64,000 bases of DNA from Lama guanicoe (taxonomy: Eukaryota), in contig MU054204.1 in assembly GCA_013239625.1 (NCBI GenBank), positions 867,537 through 931,536 of the forward strand, written 5' to 3'. Shown here piece by piece: positions 33,472 to 46,379 of the stretch. The first letter of the stretch is position 1, and the number at the start of each line of letters is the position of its first letter. Position numbers and translations under genes: made by a program. The notes under the pieces were generated by a model. It was not told where the DNA came from and made no database searches. It saw only the letters and a list, made by a program, of their open reading frames with translations.

Positions 33472-34930
33472 GTAAACATCTACCAAACAGAACTAGAAGT
33501 ACAGAAATCTGTTTTACCACAGCAACAACCACTGAAAGAAAATTAACCTGAGAGTTACCCTAATTGGGCACATATAAGTATGGTAAAAATGACAACAGTT
33601 TAATACAATGCAGAAACATTTCGACCTTCATTTCCACCTAGACATTTGCCGAATCCTGTCAATTTTCCTTCAATAATGTGACAACATGATGTACAAAAAG
33701 TTTGTCATCTAACTATAAAGTTAATGCCCAAGTTCCTCAGAACAAGAGGTTAGAGACAGTTGCTATAAAAGTAATGAATGAAATGAACCACAAGTCAATG
33801 ATTATTTAGTACCATATTCACTCACTGTGTTAGTAAAATAATAAAGACAAAGCCAAATAACTGTGGGCCACTGGGATAATGAAGACACACTCAAGACACC
33901 ATTGACTATACTACCGCATAAACCAACAGTCTGACCCAGTACTCCCAGTTCAGGAACAGGTTCATATCCTCTACCCTGAATTAGATCTCTTCCCTCCCAG
34001 GTAAAAAGGGTGCTTTGTACAAAAGATGTTTGCCACAGCTGCATTCATAATATTTTTTTTTAATCACAGAGATGTGATTAAACCAACTCAAATATAGCAT
34101 TTATTTTCCTCATTCATTGATTTTTCATTTCAAGCGATTCACACATGAACAAAACATGTAGTCTCTGATCTCAAGGAACTTGAGTGGTATTATTTAATTT
34201 AACCATTGAAATAAATGTTTATATCATGCTATAAGACACCTATAAATGTACAAAATGATGTCAGCTGAAAAGGACTATGAACGACAAAAATGAAAAACTG
34301 CATAACTAATGGTAAAAGAAACATGGAAAGATTTTCTTTCTACACACACAAATAGAAACAAAGGCGGGAGACAAGAATTTCTAAGACATGGACTATAATA
34401 TAAACAGTTGGTGTTAAATCTGTAGGATAGTTCTCCACACAGGTATACAAACTTGCACTGTAACTTCTATAATGTTTTCAAAGGCAAAGTTTGGCATTAT
34501 CTAGCTGTTTCTATTTCTACTTTTTAGAGGGGGACCAGCCTTTATGTGTATGTAACTCAGTATATCCCTCTTTTTCCTTCTCTGTTTCTCTTCCAACTGC
34601 CAATAACATAAAACCCAAGTACTTCTTGTAAATTACTTGCTGTATTTATTGACTAGGGGGTTTTATGTTTCCTTTTCTAATTTTAAAACCAGATGAATGG
34701 AATGTGTTAAATTTCTTTACTTTTTAAAAGTTGCTTTTTTAAACTTGTGATGCTTAATTGAATTTTTTCAGTAGGTCAGTGGCCCTTAATAGAAAAAATA
34801 AAATAAAAGGTTCCCCATCCTGTTTTATATGATGCTACTTATTGGAATGTAAAAAATAAATCCTGAACGTTGACATTACAAGCTTCCCATCAGGGGTCAG
34901 GGGGAGCCTCTACATTTAAAGGGATATTAT

Positions 34931-35047
34931 GTTTTTTCTTTTTTTTTTCATAAATTTTATTTTATTATTTTTTATGGAAGTACTGAGGATTGAACCCAGG
35001 ACCTCGTGCATGCTAAGTATGTGCTCTACCACTAAGCAACACCCTCC
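34931..35047 (-). mobile_element. Vic-1-type SINE
   Basis: Consensus body with T-rich tail. Confidence 0.88.
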
Positions 35048-37332
35048 TTTCTGTTTCATCTTGAAACCTCCAACTTCTTTTGTTTCTAAATATCATCTGC
35101 ATTGAAAACAATGTTTCATCTCTGTTGCCACTCTGAAAAACAGCTCAAAATTAGGGGATCAAAAATAGAGAAATGAGCGTAGGCAATAATAGCAGCCAAA
35201 GGGAAGAGTGGAACAGCCACTAAAGCCAAGATATTCCCCCAGGTCCCCTCACATGCGGGGCCACCAGCTCTAGTTAGGAGCGTCACAAAGCCTTCAGACT
35301 CAGAGGCAAAGAACACAGGACCCAAGGGCTTCGATGAATTTCCTTAATGATGCCACCGAGAGTTTGGTGAATTTAATCTTGAAACGGTTTATCATATTGG
35401 TTTCAGCTTCATATTTAGTTTGAACACAATTAACAGTAGTCCAAAAACATTCTTCTCGGTGTTCTGTGTTACCCTCTCAAAAGCTCAACAGCTGCTGCTC
35501 TCTGGCTGCTAGTAATAGAAAGGAATGAATTTAGTAATGTTTGGATTTAATTCCTGAATCTTGAAAGACTGAACTTATGTACTAAAAACAACACTTAAAA
35601 ATAAGTAAATAAATAGAATAAAAATCTGCCAAGACTGAGACATTAAGGCTGAGGCATGGAAAAATAAAATAAAATACCCATGGTGTCTTTCCATGTAATT
35701 TTAAGATGCAGTTTTTTGTTTGCTTTATCATTATCTTTTCCTCAGGGTGTAGTATATGGTTTGAGTCTCCAGATTAAAAAGTAGGGAAATATTTTTTTTT
35801 AAGTAGAGAAAGATACGTATAAGGCTCAGAGACAGAGGAATGCATTTACCATGAAATCTGAAATTAGAATGGGATTCAAGCAACTTCAACTATGTGGGAG
35901 AATGGATGGTGGAAAAAGAATTCACACAATGTCTTTGGATTATAGTGTGAGAAATGATGGTTCATTGGGGAAAGGAACTTTCAATAAATGCTTTTGGGAA
36001 AACGATCAAAATTCATTCCAGATGAGTCAAGGATTCAAACTTTTTTTTAAATTATGAGACTGTAAGAAAATGGAAAGGTAAATTTATACTCAATATGTGA
36101 AAGAATTTTATTAATACGAAAGCAAAAGAAGAAATTATCACCTATAGGTGATGAAAATGACTGAATAAAAATAAAGCTTTTCATATACTAAAAAAAAAAG
36201 TACAAAGTTTAAAAGGGAAGCAATACAGACAAAAGCAGCCATGACTTTGATGGGAAAAGAACTTAATGCAAAAAATAATAAAGATCTGATACAACCTGAC
36301 AGTTAATACTATTTTCCTTTGGGTAAGCGGCTAAAAAATCTAAAAGTATTACATCACCAAGAAAGGAACACTGAAAACTGTTTAACTTCATAATAAAATT
36401 CAGTGCTACAGCCACATTTTATTCTCCTGACCCACAATACTAGTTTTTAAGGATACAGTACTAGATAGGCTCCAGGTGAATTATTTAAAGCAACAAATAG
36501 GAGAAAAATCTGTAGTTTTCACAATCACTGGCATTTTAAATACTGACCATTTCTATGCACCACTAGGATGGTTTTGTAACTTTCAGTGCATGTTTTTACC
36601 ATTTCAGTTCCTTTCAGATTTTTTTTAAATTTCAGATTTGTAGTCATTTATCTGTTTGGCAATCTTTCATAAATATTTCTCCATTTTATTTCAGCCATTA
36701 AGTGAAACTGCATTTGGAAATTTGGTTGAAAATATTTCCAGTCACAAGCTTATGGATCGATAAATAATTTTTGTATACTTTCTGGTGATTTTACAACATT
36801 TAAAACATACTTTAAAAAAGGGATTTGGGACTATTTTAATTCTTTTGTTTCACTAAAGCCCATATTATAAAGAGAAACAAAGCTTTCAACAGTGTTGAAG
36901 GACTGGCTGGATTTATTATTTTAAAAGTGGCATTAGACCTTAAATATTATTTTATGATAGAGATGTTAGCTAACACTACTGTGGCAATCATATTGCAATA
37001 TATAAATGTATCAAACCAACATGTTGTACATTTTAAACAATGTTATATGTCAATTATATCAATAAAAAATGTTATTTTAACTCTGTAATATGAAACTAAG
37101 GAAGACACAGATATATCATTAATTCAGCATCCCAATAATATTTATATCTTTAATTCTAAAGACATTAGACAGTACTAGACTTTTAACATGACTAATTAGT
37201 ATTTATAAAAGTAAAGTTGCCTCAATATAATAGAATTACGGGGGGGGGAGGTAGAGAAAGCAAAGCTAAAGAGGTAAAGCAAGCAGAGAAGCTAAAAAGT
37301 CACCTGAATGCTTACCTAATAATGGAGGAAAT

Positions 37333-37446
37333 TTTTATTTTGGGGGGAGGTTATTAAGTTTATTTATTTACTTATTTTAATGGAGGTACTGGGAATTGAA
37401 CCCAGAACCTTGTACATGCTCTACTACTGAGCTATACACTTCCCCC
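37333..37446 (-). mobile_element. Vic-1-type SINE with internal deletion
   Basis: Consensus body lacking AAGCATGTG, flanks TAATGGAG(G/A)AAATTTTT. Confidence 0.85.
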
Positions 37447-38166
37447 TTCCTTAATGGAGAAAATTTTTTAAATTCATGAAGACAAGCCAAACAAGTGAAA
37501 AAAAAATTTTATCTGCCAAAGAAGTAAATAGGTATGACTGGCTGAAAGTGAACTATATTTTGTTGAGTCTGAGGAATGGACCGAAATAATTCAAGGAAGA
37601 TAAAAAGCTTCGAACTCCCTGTGGAATGCAGAAATGAAAAATACGAGAAAACTGTGGACAAGTTCATCCTTTCATATAAATCACCTGCATCCCAAACGTT
37701 TTAAAATCAGTCAGTGGTTAAATAAACTCTGGTATATTAGCGAGGGACTAAAATCTAGCCATCAAACATGATAAATGTGTGGCTTGTGGTGTAGGGTGTG
37801 AAGAGAAGTGGGCTGTAGACAAGACAGTAAAATAAAAGAAAGATAGAACATAAACATCTGTCTTTCAGTAAAAATGACAAGGACACAGAGATTAGAGTTG
37901 TATAAACAGTACCCTGAGAGGAAGATACTGCCCTGTTTTAATGTCTATCAGTATACAGTCAAAAAAAAAAATCGTAGTATCTTCAATCTATTTTTGCTAG
38001 TTTCAGGGGATGAAATTCCCCCATCCTCTTCAAAGTTGGCCCCCTAGCCTATATTTCAATTATCTTCCTCACCTTTGTGGGGTCCTGCACTTCAACTGTC
38101 TTTAAGAGACCCCTATACCTCCAGTGACACATGTGGTCCACCCCTCCCGTTTAAAACAGAACCAAA

Positions 38167-38368
38167 GGGGGGAGGGTATAGCTCAGTGGTAGAGCACATG
38201 CTTAGCAAGCATGTGGTCCTGTGATCAGTCCCCAGTATCTCCATTACATAAATAAATAAATACATACATACATACATACATACATACATACATACATACA
38301 TACATAAATAAAACATTACCTCCTCCTCCTCCTCCAACAAAAATAAATTAAAAGATAATTTTTTAAAA
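38167..38368 (+). mobile_element. Vic-1-type SINE with (TACA)n microsatellite
   Basis: SINE head, (TACA)n at ~38261-38305, then SINE tail. Confidence 0.9.
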
Positions 38369-40362
38369 AGTCATGTCTTTTTGAAAATAAAATAAAACAG
38401 AACTACAAACACTCCTTTAATCCGCTGTTCCCTCCAGTAATATACACATGCAAGCGCGCGCGCACGCGCACACACACACGCAGCCCGATCCATAGACACT
38501 CTGTTCCTACCTTTATCTTCCACATGGGTTGGAAAAAAATGTCTACCCTTTGGGGAGAGTCTACAGGCCAAATCTACCCAACCACGACTTTATCCTGTCT
38601 CCTGGTCTTCAACGAAAAATAACTGATTTTTTTTAAAAAGTAGTTAAGGGATTAGCTTACCCAAGGTCACACTGTTGGTTGGCAAGAGGGAAAATCTGAG
38701 CCCAGAAAGCTTGACGACAGTTGCCCATGGCCACAAAAGATCCTTTTTTGCACCCTGTCCCTCTTCCAGGTGATTGAGATCAGCTACTTATGGGCAACTG
38801 GAGAGGAGCAGCTGTCACCATCACAGCTGAACTGGCTCGAGGCTGGCTGGCCTGGCCCTGCCCACCACCTGCTCCACACTCTAAAATCAGCCTTTGTACA
38901 GCCTGGCTTCTGGGAAAGAAGAGGTACTAGCAGCAAACAGGGATGGGGAAAGATGGTGCTTTTTTTTTTTTAAAGTCTCTCTCCCTAGGTCCTCTTTGGG
39001 GGAAGTCTAGACACGTGTATTTTAAAAAATCCCCTTATAGTCCTGATATACAGCCTTGGGTACTGACTTTAGTCCAGTAAGGGGAGGTATGAAGATATCT
39101 CAGATACATCTAGGAAACTGATCACTACAGCAGCTCTGTTACTGTGGAAATTACAGTAGACTTGCATAAAAACATCCCAGGGGTTCGAATTCTAGCCCTG
39201 AAACTTACCTGCTGTCTGACTGTAGACACATCATTTTAGTTCATTGGGCCTTGATTTCCACATCCTATAAACTGGGGATACCACCATTAATTTCCCTGGC
39301 TTATGAAGTGTGCTTTAAGATTCGCTACACTGTAACTGACACACATGAAGTTTCTTTTTAAAGAGAATTTTTTAAAAGCCTTCTATGCAAAATAATTGCT
39401 TTTAAAAATTATATGTAATGTTAGGGAGCATTTCCCTCACACACTCAGCTTGTTAGGGAAACCAATTCCTAACCCTAGCACCTATTTTAACTCTCCCTCC
39501 TCCAACATAGATGATGCTCTAAAATTCTTTTCTCCCTCCACTCCCACTCAATAAAAAGCTTCTTTAGAAAACTAGCCAATCCAAATAGCTCTCAGTATCT
39601 ACTATTTATGATACAAGATTTTCCCCTAAAGGAGACCTTTCCTCTCCCGTTATCTTATCTATATCCTTGGCTTCCTTAATGAGGCTTGAGAAAAATTTCT
39701 GTTCTGAAGTTGGCATTTTTATTGTTTTCTTCCCAGAGAACCAAAATGAGCCTAAGGCACCTGCCTTGCTTTTCCGAGGATCTCAAATAGCACCAAACCA
39801 TCCTGCCCCCAAGAAGAACACACTGACCATGGGATCTCATTTACCTTTGCTGCCTACCACTCTGGCAGAGCCTTTGAAAACACTTTTTTATTTATTGTGA
39901 CAGCAAGCACTCCACTGTAATCATAGTTCTGTACATAGACAAAACCTGAAAGAAAACACAAAAAGAGTAAGAGCTGCTGTGTTCGAGGAAACAGAGTCCT
40001 GGCCAAGTTATTTCCAGAAGTCTAACATTAAATGTAAATTTTTGCAAGCAGTTCTTCTGCATAGATGACTGTGAACTAAAAGCTTTCAGGTCCCTCCCTA
40101 CTCCAACCCATCACTTCTTTAACGGCATTATCCTCATCTCCCTTCATTTTGGGAGTCTTAACTATTAGTAGCAGTCTTGCCTCCCTTTGCCTGCTCTCAT
40201 ATTTAGCAACATTTCAGGAATATCTGATACCAAATGAGCACTTCACTCTGGAAACCATCACTTCCTGTGGATTGTTCTAATGATATCCCTTAACTACTCC
40301 CACCCTGGCATTTCTTGGGGTTCTGGCTCTGGCTCTGTTACCAACAAGCTTTTTGACTTTAG

Positions 40363-40815
40363 GAGTGGTTCCCCAACTTCTGTCTGCATCAGATCCCCCT
40401 GGAGGGCTTGTTCAAACAGAGTGGGGACCCCATCCCTGGAGTTTCTCCTTCAGTGGCTTTGGGGTGGAACCCTAGGATTTGCTTTTCTGACGGTTCCCAG
40501 ACAGACGTTGCCACTGCCAGTGGGGGCGGGGCACACTCTGAGAACCACTGCTTTAGGTAGAAGAGAACTGAACTTGGTTAGACCAGGGCTTCTCAACCTC
40601 AGCACCACTGACATTCTGGGTGGGATAAGTCTTTGTTGTGGGGCTGGGGGTTGTCTTGTGTCCTGTAGGGTGTTTAGCAGCATCCTTGGCCTCTACTAGA
40701 TGCCAGTAGCCACCTGCCCTCTGCCCCCAGTCAACTATCACAACCAAAAATGTCTCAAGACATTCTCAAAAGTTTGGTGGGGAGGAGGGGCAAAATCCCC
40801 CCAGGTTAAGAACCA
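40363..40815. mobile_element. MER5A-like (40363-40550) and MER20-like (40583-40815) hAT elements
   Basis: GCATCAGATCCCCCTGGAGGGCTTGTT...TGAGAACCACTG, then CAGGGCTTCTCAACCTCAGCAC...CAACCAAAAATGTCTC...GTTAAGAACCA. Confidence 0.8.
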
Positions 40816-40924
40816 GAGTTAGACTGACGACCAAGCACCTTTTTTTTCCCCCAAGCTCTTTTTTTATGAAGTAGTGAAGACTTCTCCTCTCCTCTTGTTC
40901 ATTTTTCTCAAGATGCGGTCATTG

Positions 40925-41830
40925 GCATTTAATTCATCCATGCATCCATCCTACTATTTGTCAAGCACTATTGGGGGCCACTCAGGTTGATGAACAGGTC
41001 CCAGCTCTGAGAGCACTTACAATTAAGAGAAGGGACAGTGGGATCAGTAGGCCCAGGAAGCTGTGGGGACATGGAACAGGGGCATCATGGCAGGCTTTCT
41101 GAAAGATGATGATAAAGGTGGCCAGGAGTTGGATGGACAAAGGGGATGGGGGAGGAGGACTCCAGGCAGAGGGCATGCCACATTCAAAGGTACCAAGGCA
41201 ACAAAGCATGAGAGTCAGGGAACTACCAGTTGTTCCATGTAGCTGCAGGCAATCATCTTTTTATCACCATGCAGGAAGGGGGAAAGGAGGGGCAAACAAT
41301 ATTATCAACTCTAATCTTTTTATTTCCTATAGCCATTTCCAGTAATTCTTTGTCCTTCCCCCTATTTGTACCTTAAGCTATAGACATTTTAAACTTCTTT
41401 CTACTAACCCCAGAGCCTCTATAGACGGGCACCTGAATTAAATCCTTCTCTTCACTTGTATCATGACACCCATTACACTGGATTATAACTGCCTTTGTCT
41501 GCCTGCCCTACTAAGCCCACAAGTTCCATCAGGGCAGAGGCCATGGTTATCTCTTTCTTCGATGTTATCTCCAGCATCCTGAACTATGCCAGGCACAGAC
41601 AACCTGCTCAAATGTCACCTGAATGAATGATGCTCTCAAATTCCTTATGTCCCAAACTGAACACTCACCAACACCTTCCTTCCCCAAACCAGGTTCTACT
41701 TCTCTATTCATCTACCATCCCTTCCCCCTCCCACATAGCCATTCACACAGTCTCAACAAAATATTGGCATAATCCCTCACTTCTCCTTTTCCTCACTCCA
41801 TACAATCATCTTAAAGTCTTCAGTGTGAAG
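40925..41830. mobile_element. L2 fragments
   Basis: TTCATCCATGCATCC...CCAGGCAGAGGG (antisense L2 3' end) and AGGGCAGAGGCCATG...TGAATGAATGA (sense). Confidence 0.55.
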
Positions 41831-41920
41831 CAAGATCTGTCCTCTGAACTTCAATAAATACTCCATCTGGGAGTCAGTCTATAGAAAGAGCATGAGCTTT
41901 GGAATCAAAGAAAGGTGGGC

Positions 41921-42401
41921 TCTACTACTCAGTCATAAAAACAAATGAAATAATGCCATTTGCAGCAACATGGATGGACCTAGAGATCATTATTCTAAGT
42001 GAAGTAAGCCAGAAAGAGAAAAGAAAAATACCACATGATATCATTCATACGTGGAATCTAACAAAAAGAAAAAAAGAGGACAGTAATGAACTCATCTACA
42101 AAACAAAAATAGACTCGCAGACACAGTAAACAACCTTATGGTTATGGGGCGGGGGGGAGGGAAGGGAAAGGGAGAAATTTGGGAGTTTGAGATTTGCAAA
42201 ATGTTAGCCACTATATATAAAAATAGATTAAAAAAGCAAATTTCTTCTGTAAAGCATATGGAACTATATTCAACATCTTATAATAATCTTCAATGAAAAA
42301 GAAAACAAAAACAAATATACGTATATATATGCATGACTGGGACACTGTGCTATACACCAGAAATCGACATATTGTCACTGATTATACTTCAGTAAAAAAA
42401 A
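41921..42401 (+). mobile_element. Young L1 3' end inserted in a MIR
   Basis: ORF track MPFAATWMDLEIIILSEV plus polyA. Confidence 0.9.
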
Positions 42402-42799
42402 AGGGAGAAGTGGGTTCATCTCACTTCTGTCTCTGAATTACTAGGTGATTTGAACAAGCTACAATCTCAGAGCCTTAGTTTCCTCATCTTTAAATGGGTT
42501 AACAGCACAAACCATATATAGATTGTTACGAAGCTAAATGTGAAGTACTTAGCACTTCAATGTTAATTAATAAATGTTTCCTTTCTCTTCAGAGCAACCC
42601 TGGCAGGAATAAGAAGGCAGGAAGATACATAAAGAGCTACATAGCAAGGTCAATAAAATGACAAAGAGTGAGAGGGACAACATGGGAAGCCAAAAAAGAA
42701 ATACAAATTTAATTCCCTGAAATAACCACATATACTTTTGCATTGTTTTCTTCCCTCAAAATTTAACACATAACATTTATGCTAACCAAGGAACACACT

Positions 42800-43327
42800 A
42801 ATATTCAAGAGAAATGAAAACATACATCTACCAAGAAACTTCCCCACAAATGTTCACAGCAGCGTTATTCATAACAGGAAGCAAGTGGAAAGAATTCAAA
42901 TGTCCATGAACTGGTGAATGGATAAACTGGTATCGCCATACAATGAAACATTATTAGGCAATAAAAAGGAATGAAGTACACTTCCATGGATAAACCTTGA
43001 AAACATTATGCTAAGGGAAAGAAGCCAGACACAAAAGATAGAATATTGTATGATTCCATTTATAGGTGATGTCCAGAAAAGGTCAATCTATAGAGACAGA
43101 AAGTAGACTAGTGATTGCCTAGGATTGGAAGGGGTGGTGACCACTAATGTGCAGAGTTTCTTTTTGGTAGGACATGAATGTTTTGAAATTAGTATGAATA
43201 TTCTTAAAACCACAGAATCATACACTTTATTTTTTTAACTTTGCCCTTTTATTTTATTTAAATTTTGGGGGTAATTAGTTTATTTATTTTATATGTATGT
43301 GTGTATATATATATGTATGTGTATGTA

Positions 43328-43373
<46 letters not shown>

Positions 43374-43530
43374 TATATACATAGGGTTTTTTTTAATGGC
43401 AGTACTGGGGATTGAGCCCAGGACCTCATGCACTCTACCACTGAGCTATACCCTCCCCCTTTGAATCATACACATTAAATGGGTGAGTTGATGGTATGTG
43501 AATTATGTCTCAGTAAAGCTGTTAAAAAAG
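42800..43530 (+). mobile_element. Old L1MB-like 3' end with a nested antisense SINE (43230-43459) carrying (TG)n/(TA)n
   Basis: GAAAACATTATGCTAAG...GAAAGTAGACTAGTG...GGTATGTGAATTATGTCTCAGTAAAGCTG. Confidence 0.8.
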
Positions 43531-44447
43531 ATACAGAGAATAGAACAACAGCGAGGGAAGTGGCAAACAAAAATTTTTTTTCTAATCATTTCCTTCCTAT
43601 ATTCTAGTAGATTATCTCGTATATCCCACTGGGAAGACTGCCACCTTTAAAGAGAAAGTGTCTGAGTATAGAGAAAGTCTCTCTGGCACTGGTCATGACA
43701 AGGATTCATGGGCATTGCCAGAGAGGTTGGTAAGGGGACAGGGAAAGCCGGGCTTGAGTAGAAGTGAAGTGCCCTAGAGCAGCGCTTCTCAGGCTTGAAG
43801 GGACATGTATCAGCTGGGGATTGGTTTTCACAGGGTTGGTGTAGATCTAAAATGAAAGGATGGATTAAAACGTATAGTAATTGGCGAAGCACCACATAAA
43901 TGTTGCTGTTAGTCAAGTCAAACATTTCTGAGTACTTGTGGGGCTCATTCTGAGAGGAGGAAGGGAAATAGTGGTAAGGTTTCCTTTTTCCTACTTTGCT
44001 TAAGGAAACAACAGCCACTTAACCTTATGGAGTCACAATCTCTTCAAATCTATACATTGGCAGCATCTGGCACAAGTTTTAGAATTATAGGATCTTAAAT
44101 TGCTTTCAAATTCCTAAGAAGAAAAGTCACATGGAGACAGCTGAGAGCTTATTCAGCAAGGTCACTTGGTGTGGAAAGATCTGAACTCTGGGGTCAGAAA
44201 TCCTGGGGTTGAGGCCCAGGTCTAACACTTGCTAAGCTTTATATCTTTAGTGAAATCCTCAGTGTTTCTTCATATTTGATATGGGTGGGGAAACACATCT
44301 TGCCTGTGTCACAGGGTGGCAGTCGGATCAGCTGAGCTGATAGTGAAAGCATTTTGTCAAACTCTGGATGGGCTGCTTCACAGATCTTTTCATTGAATGT
44401 GTCTATCAGTAGAAAAACATTCAAACATGGACTCCCATGACCCAACT

Positions 44448-45189
44448 TACACTGCTGGTGGGAATGCAGTTTGGTGCAGCCACTGTGGAAAACAGTATGG
44501 AGATTCCTCAAAAGACTAGAAATAGACTTACCATATGACTCAGGAATCCCGCTCCTGGGCATATATCCAGAAGGAACCCTACTTCAAAAAGACACCTGCA
44601 CCCCAATGTTCATAGCAGCACTATTTACAATAGCCAAGACATGGAAACAGCCTAAATGTCCATCGACAGATTACTGGATAAAGAAGAAGTGGTATATTTA
44701 TACAGTGGAATACTATTCAGCCATAAAAACTAACAATATAACGCCATTTGCAGCAACATGGATGTCCCTGGAGAATGTCATTCTAAGTGAAGTAGGCCAG
44801 AAAGAGAAAGAAAAATACTATATGAGATCACTCATATGTGGAATCTAAAAAAAAAATCTAAAAAAAAAAAAGAAGAACATAAATACAAAATAGAAATAGA
44901 CTCACAGACATAGAATACAAACTTGTGGTTGACAAAGGGGTGGGGGGTGGGAAGGGACAGACTGGGATTTCAAAATTTGTAGGTACTGACAGGCATATGC
45001 AGAATAGATAAACAAGATTATACTGTATAGCACAGGGAAATATATACAAGATCTTGTGGTAGCTCACAGCAAAAAAAATGACAATGAATATATGCACGTT
45101 CATGTATAACTGAAAAATTGTGCTCTACACTGGAATTTGACACAAGATTGTAAAGTGACTATAACTCAATAAAAAAATGTTAAAAAAAA
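44448..45189 (+). mobile_element. Young L1 3' end (ORF2 C-terminus open)
   Basis: ORF 44471-44848 [19 protein letters not shown] is the L1 ORF2p C-terminus. Flanks ATGG(A/G)CTCCCATG. Confidence 0.95.
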
Positions 45190-45202
45190 TGGGCTCCCAT
45201 GT

Positions 45203-45340
45203 CTTTTTTTCTTTTTGGTGGGCGAGGGGGTAATTAGGTTTGTTTATTTATTTATTATTTTTTTTAATGGCAGCACTGGGGATTGAACCCAGGACCTCAC
45301 ACAGGCTAAGCATACACTCTACCACTGAGCTATATCCCCC
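45203..45340 (-). mobile_element. Vic-1-type SINE
   Basis: Consensus body and tail. Confidence 0.88.
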
Positions 45341-45847
45341 TCTCTTCATGTCTCAATATTATGTACAACAGAAAATGCATACAAAAACAGAGGGAGGAAG
45401 CAGGAGATAAAAATACAGGATTCGATACAGGTAGATGAGATCAATAATCAATACAGAGTTTACTGAAACTGGTAACCATCTTATAGTTACGGAACAGAAT
45501 ATCCCTACTCCTCAGAAACACACACTCAATTATTTAGAGGTAAAGAGCCATGATGTATGTACTTTACCCTCAAGTGGTACAGAAAATATGTGTACACACA
45601 CACAGGCAGACCAGAGCATGCAGATGAAGTAAAATGTTAATAGTAGTTGAATCTGGGTAAAGGCTGTAAGGGTGGTCTTTGTATTTTTTTTTGCAAACTT
45701 TCAGTAAGTTTGAAATTTTTTCCAAATAAATTAGAAATTCTAATAATTAGTTGGGACTTATAAAATGGCAGGGGAAAGAGCTTGGCCCACTATATCCCCA
45801 GCAAAGCAACAGTTTACCTGGTAAAATTATTTTTAGAAGAAATCTTC

Positions 45848-45938
45848 TTTTTTTTTTTATGATGGAGGTACTGGGGATTGAACCAAGGACCTTGCACGTG
45901 CTAATCATGTGCTCTACCACTGGGCTATACCCACCCCC
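45848..45938 (-). mobile_element. Vic-1-type SINE
   Basis: Consensus body with poly-T. Confidence 0.88.
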
Positions 45939-46379
45939 TCTAAAAGCAATCATTTTAAGTCTCTGGAAATTGTCCTAAGGGCATGCAGCAAATGTAGAAA
46001 CATACATTGAAGAAAACCTATTAAATCTCAGCAAGAACAGAGAGAATGGATGGCATCTGAGCTATGATCTAAAGCTCTGCATGACAGAGGCTCTATCCTG
46101 GGCAGCCAAGAAGATGGGGGCGCAGACCCCTCCCAGATGCCAGTCTAGGGCTACAGTTTCACCCCAGGAAGGGGAGGTTGCTAGTGTTCCTTATCCCCCT
46201 GACTGTGTTGCAGAAGTATCCTGATCAGGTGCAGCCAAGAAGACCAAGTCTCCCTTCTCTCACCCAGCTTACAGCTGAAGGGTAGAAACTCTACTCCACG
46301 TGCAACAGGACAAGAACACTGAGTCTGGATCATCCTCACTCCAGCTCATTCCTAGGGCAGAGGCTGCAACACGCTTTTG

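Noticed and set aside
44471..44848. 125-aa ORF
   Set aside because: L1 ORF2p C-terminus in a 5'-truncated copy, not a host gene.
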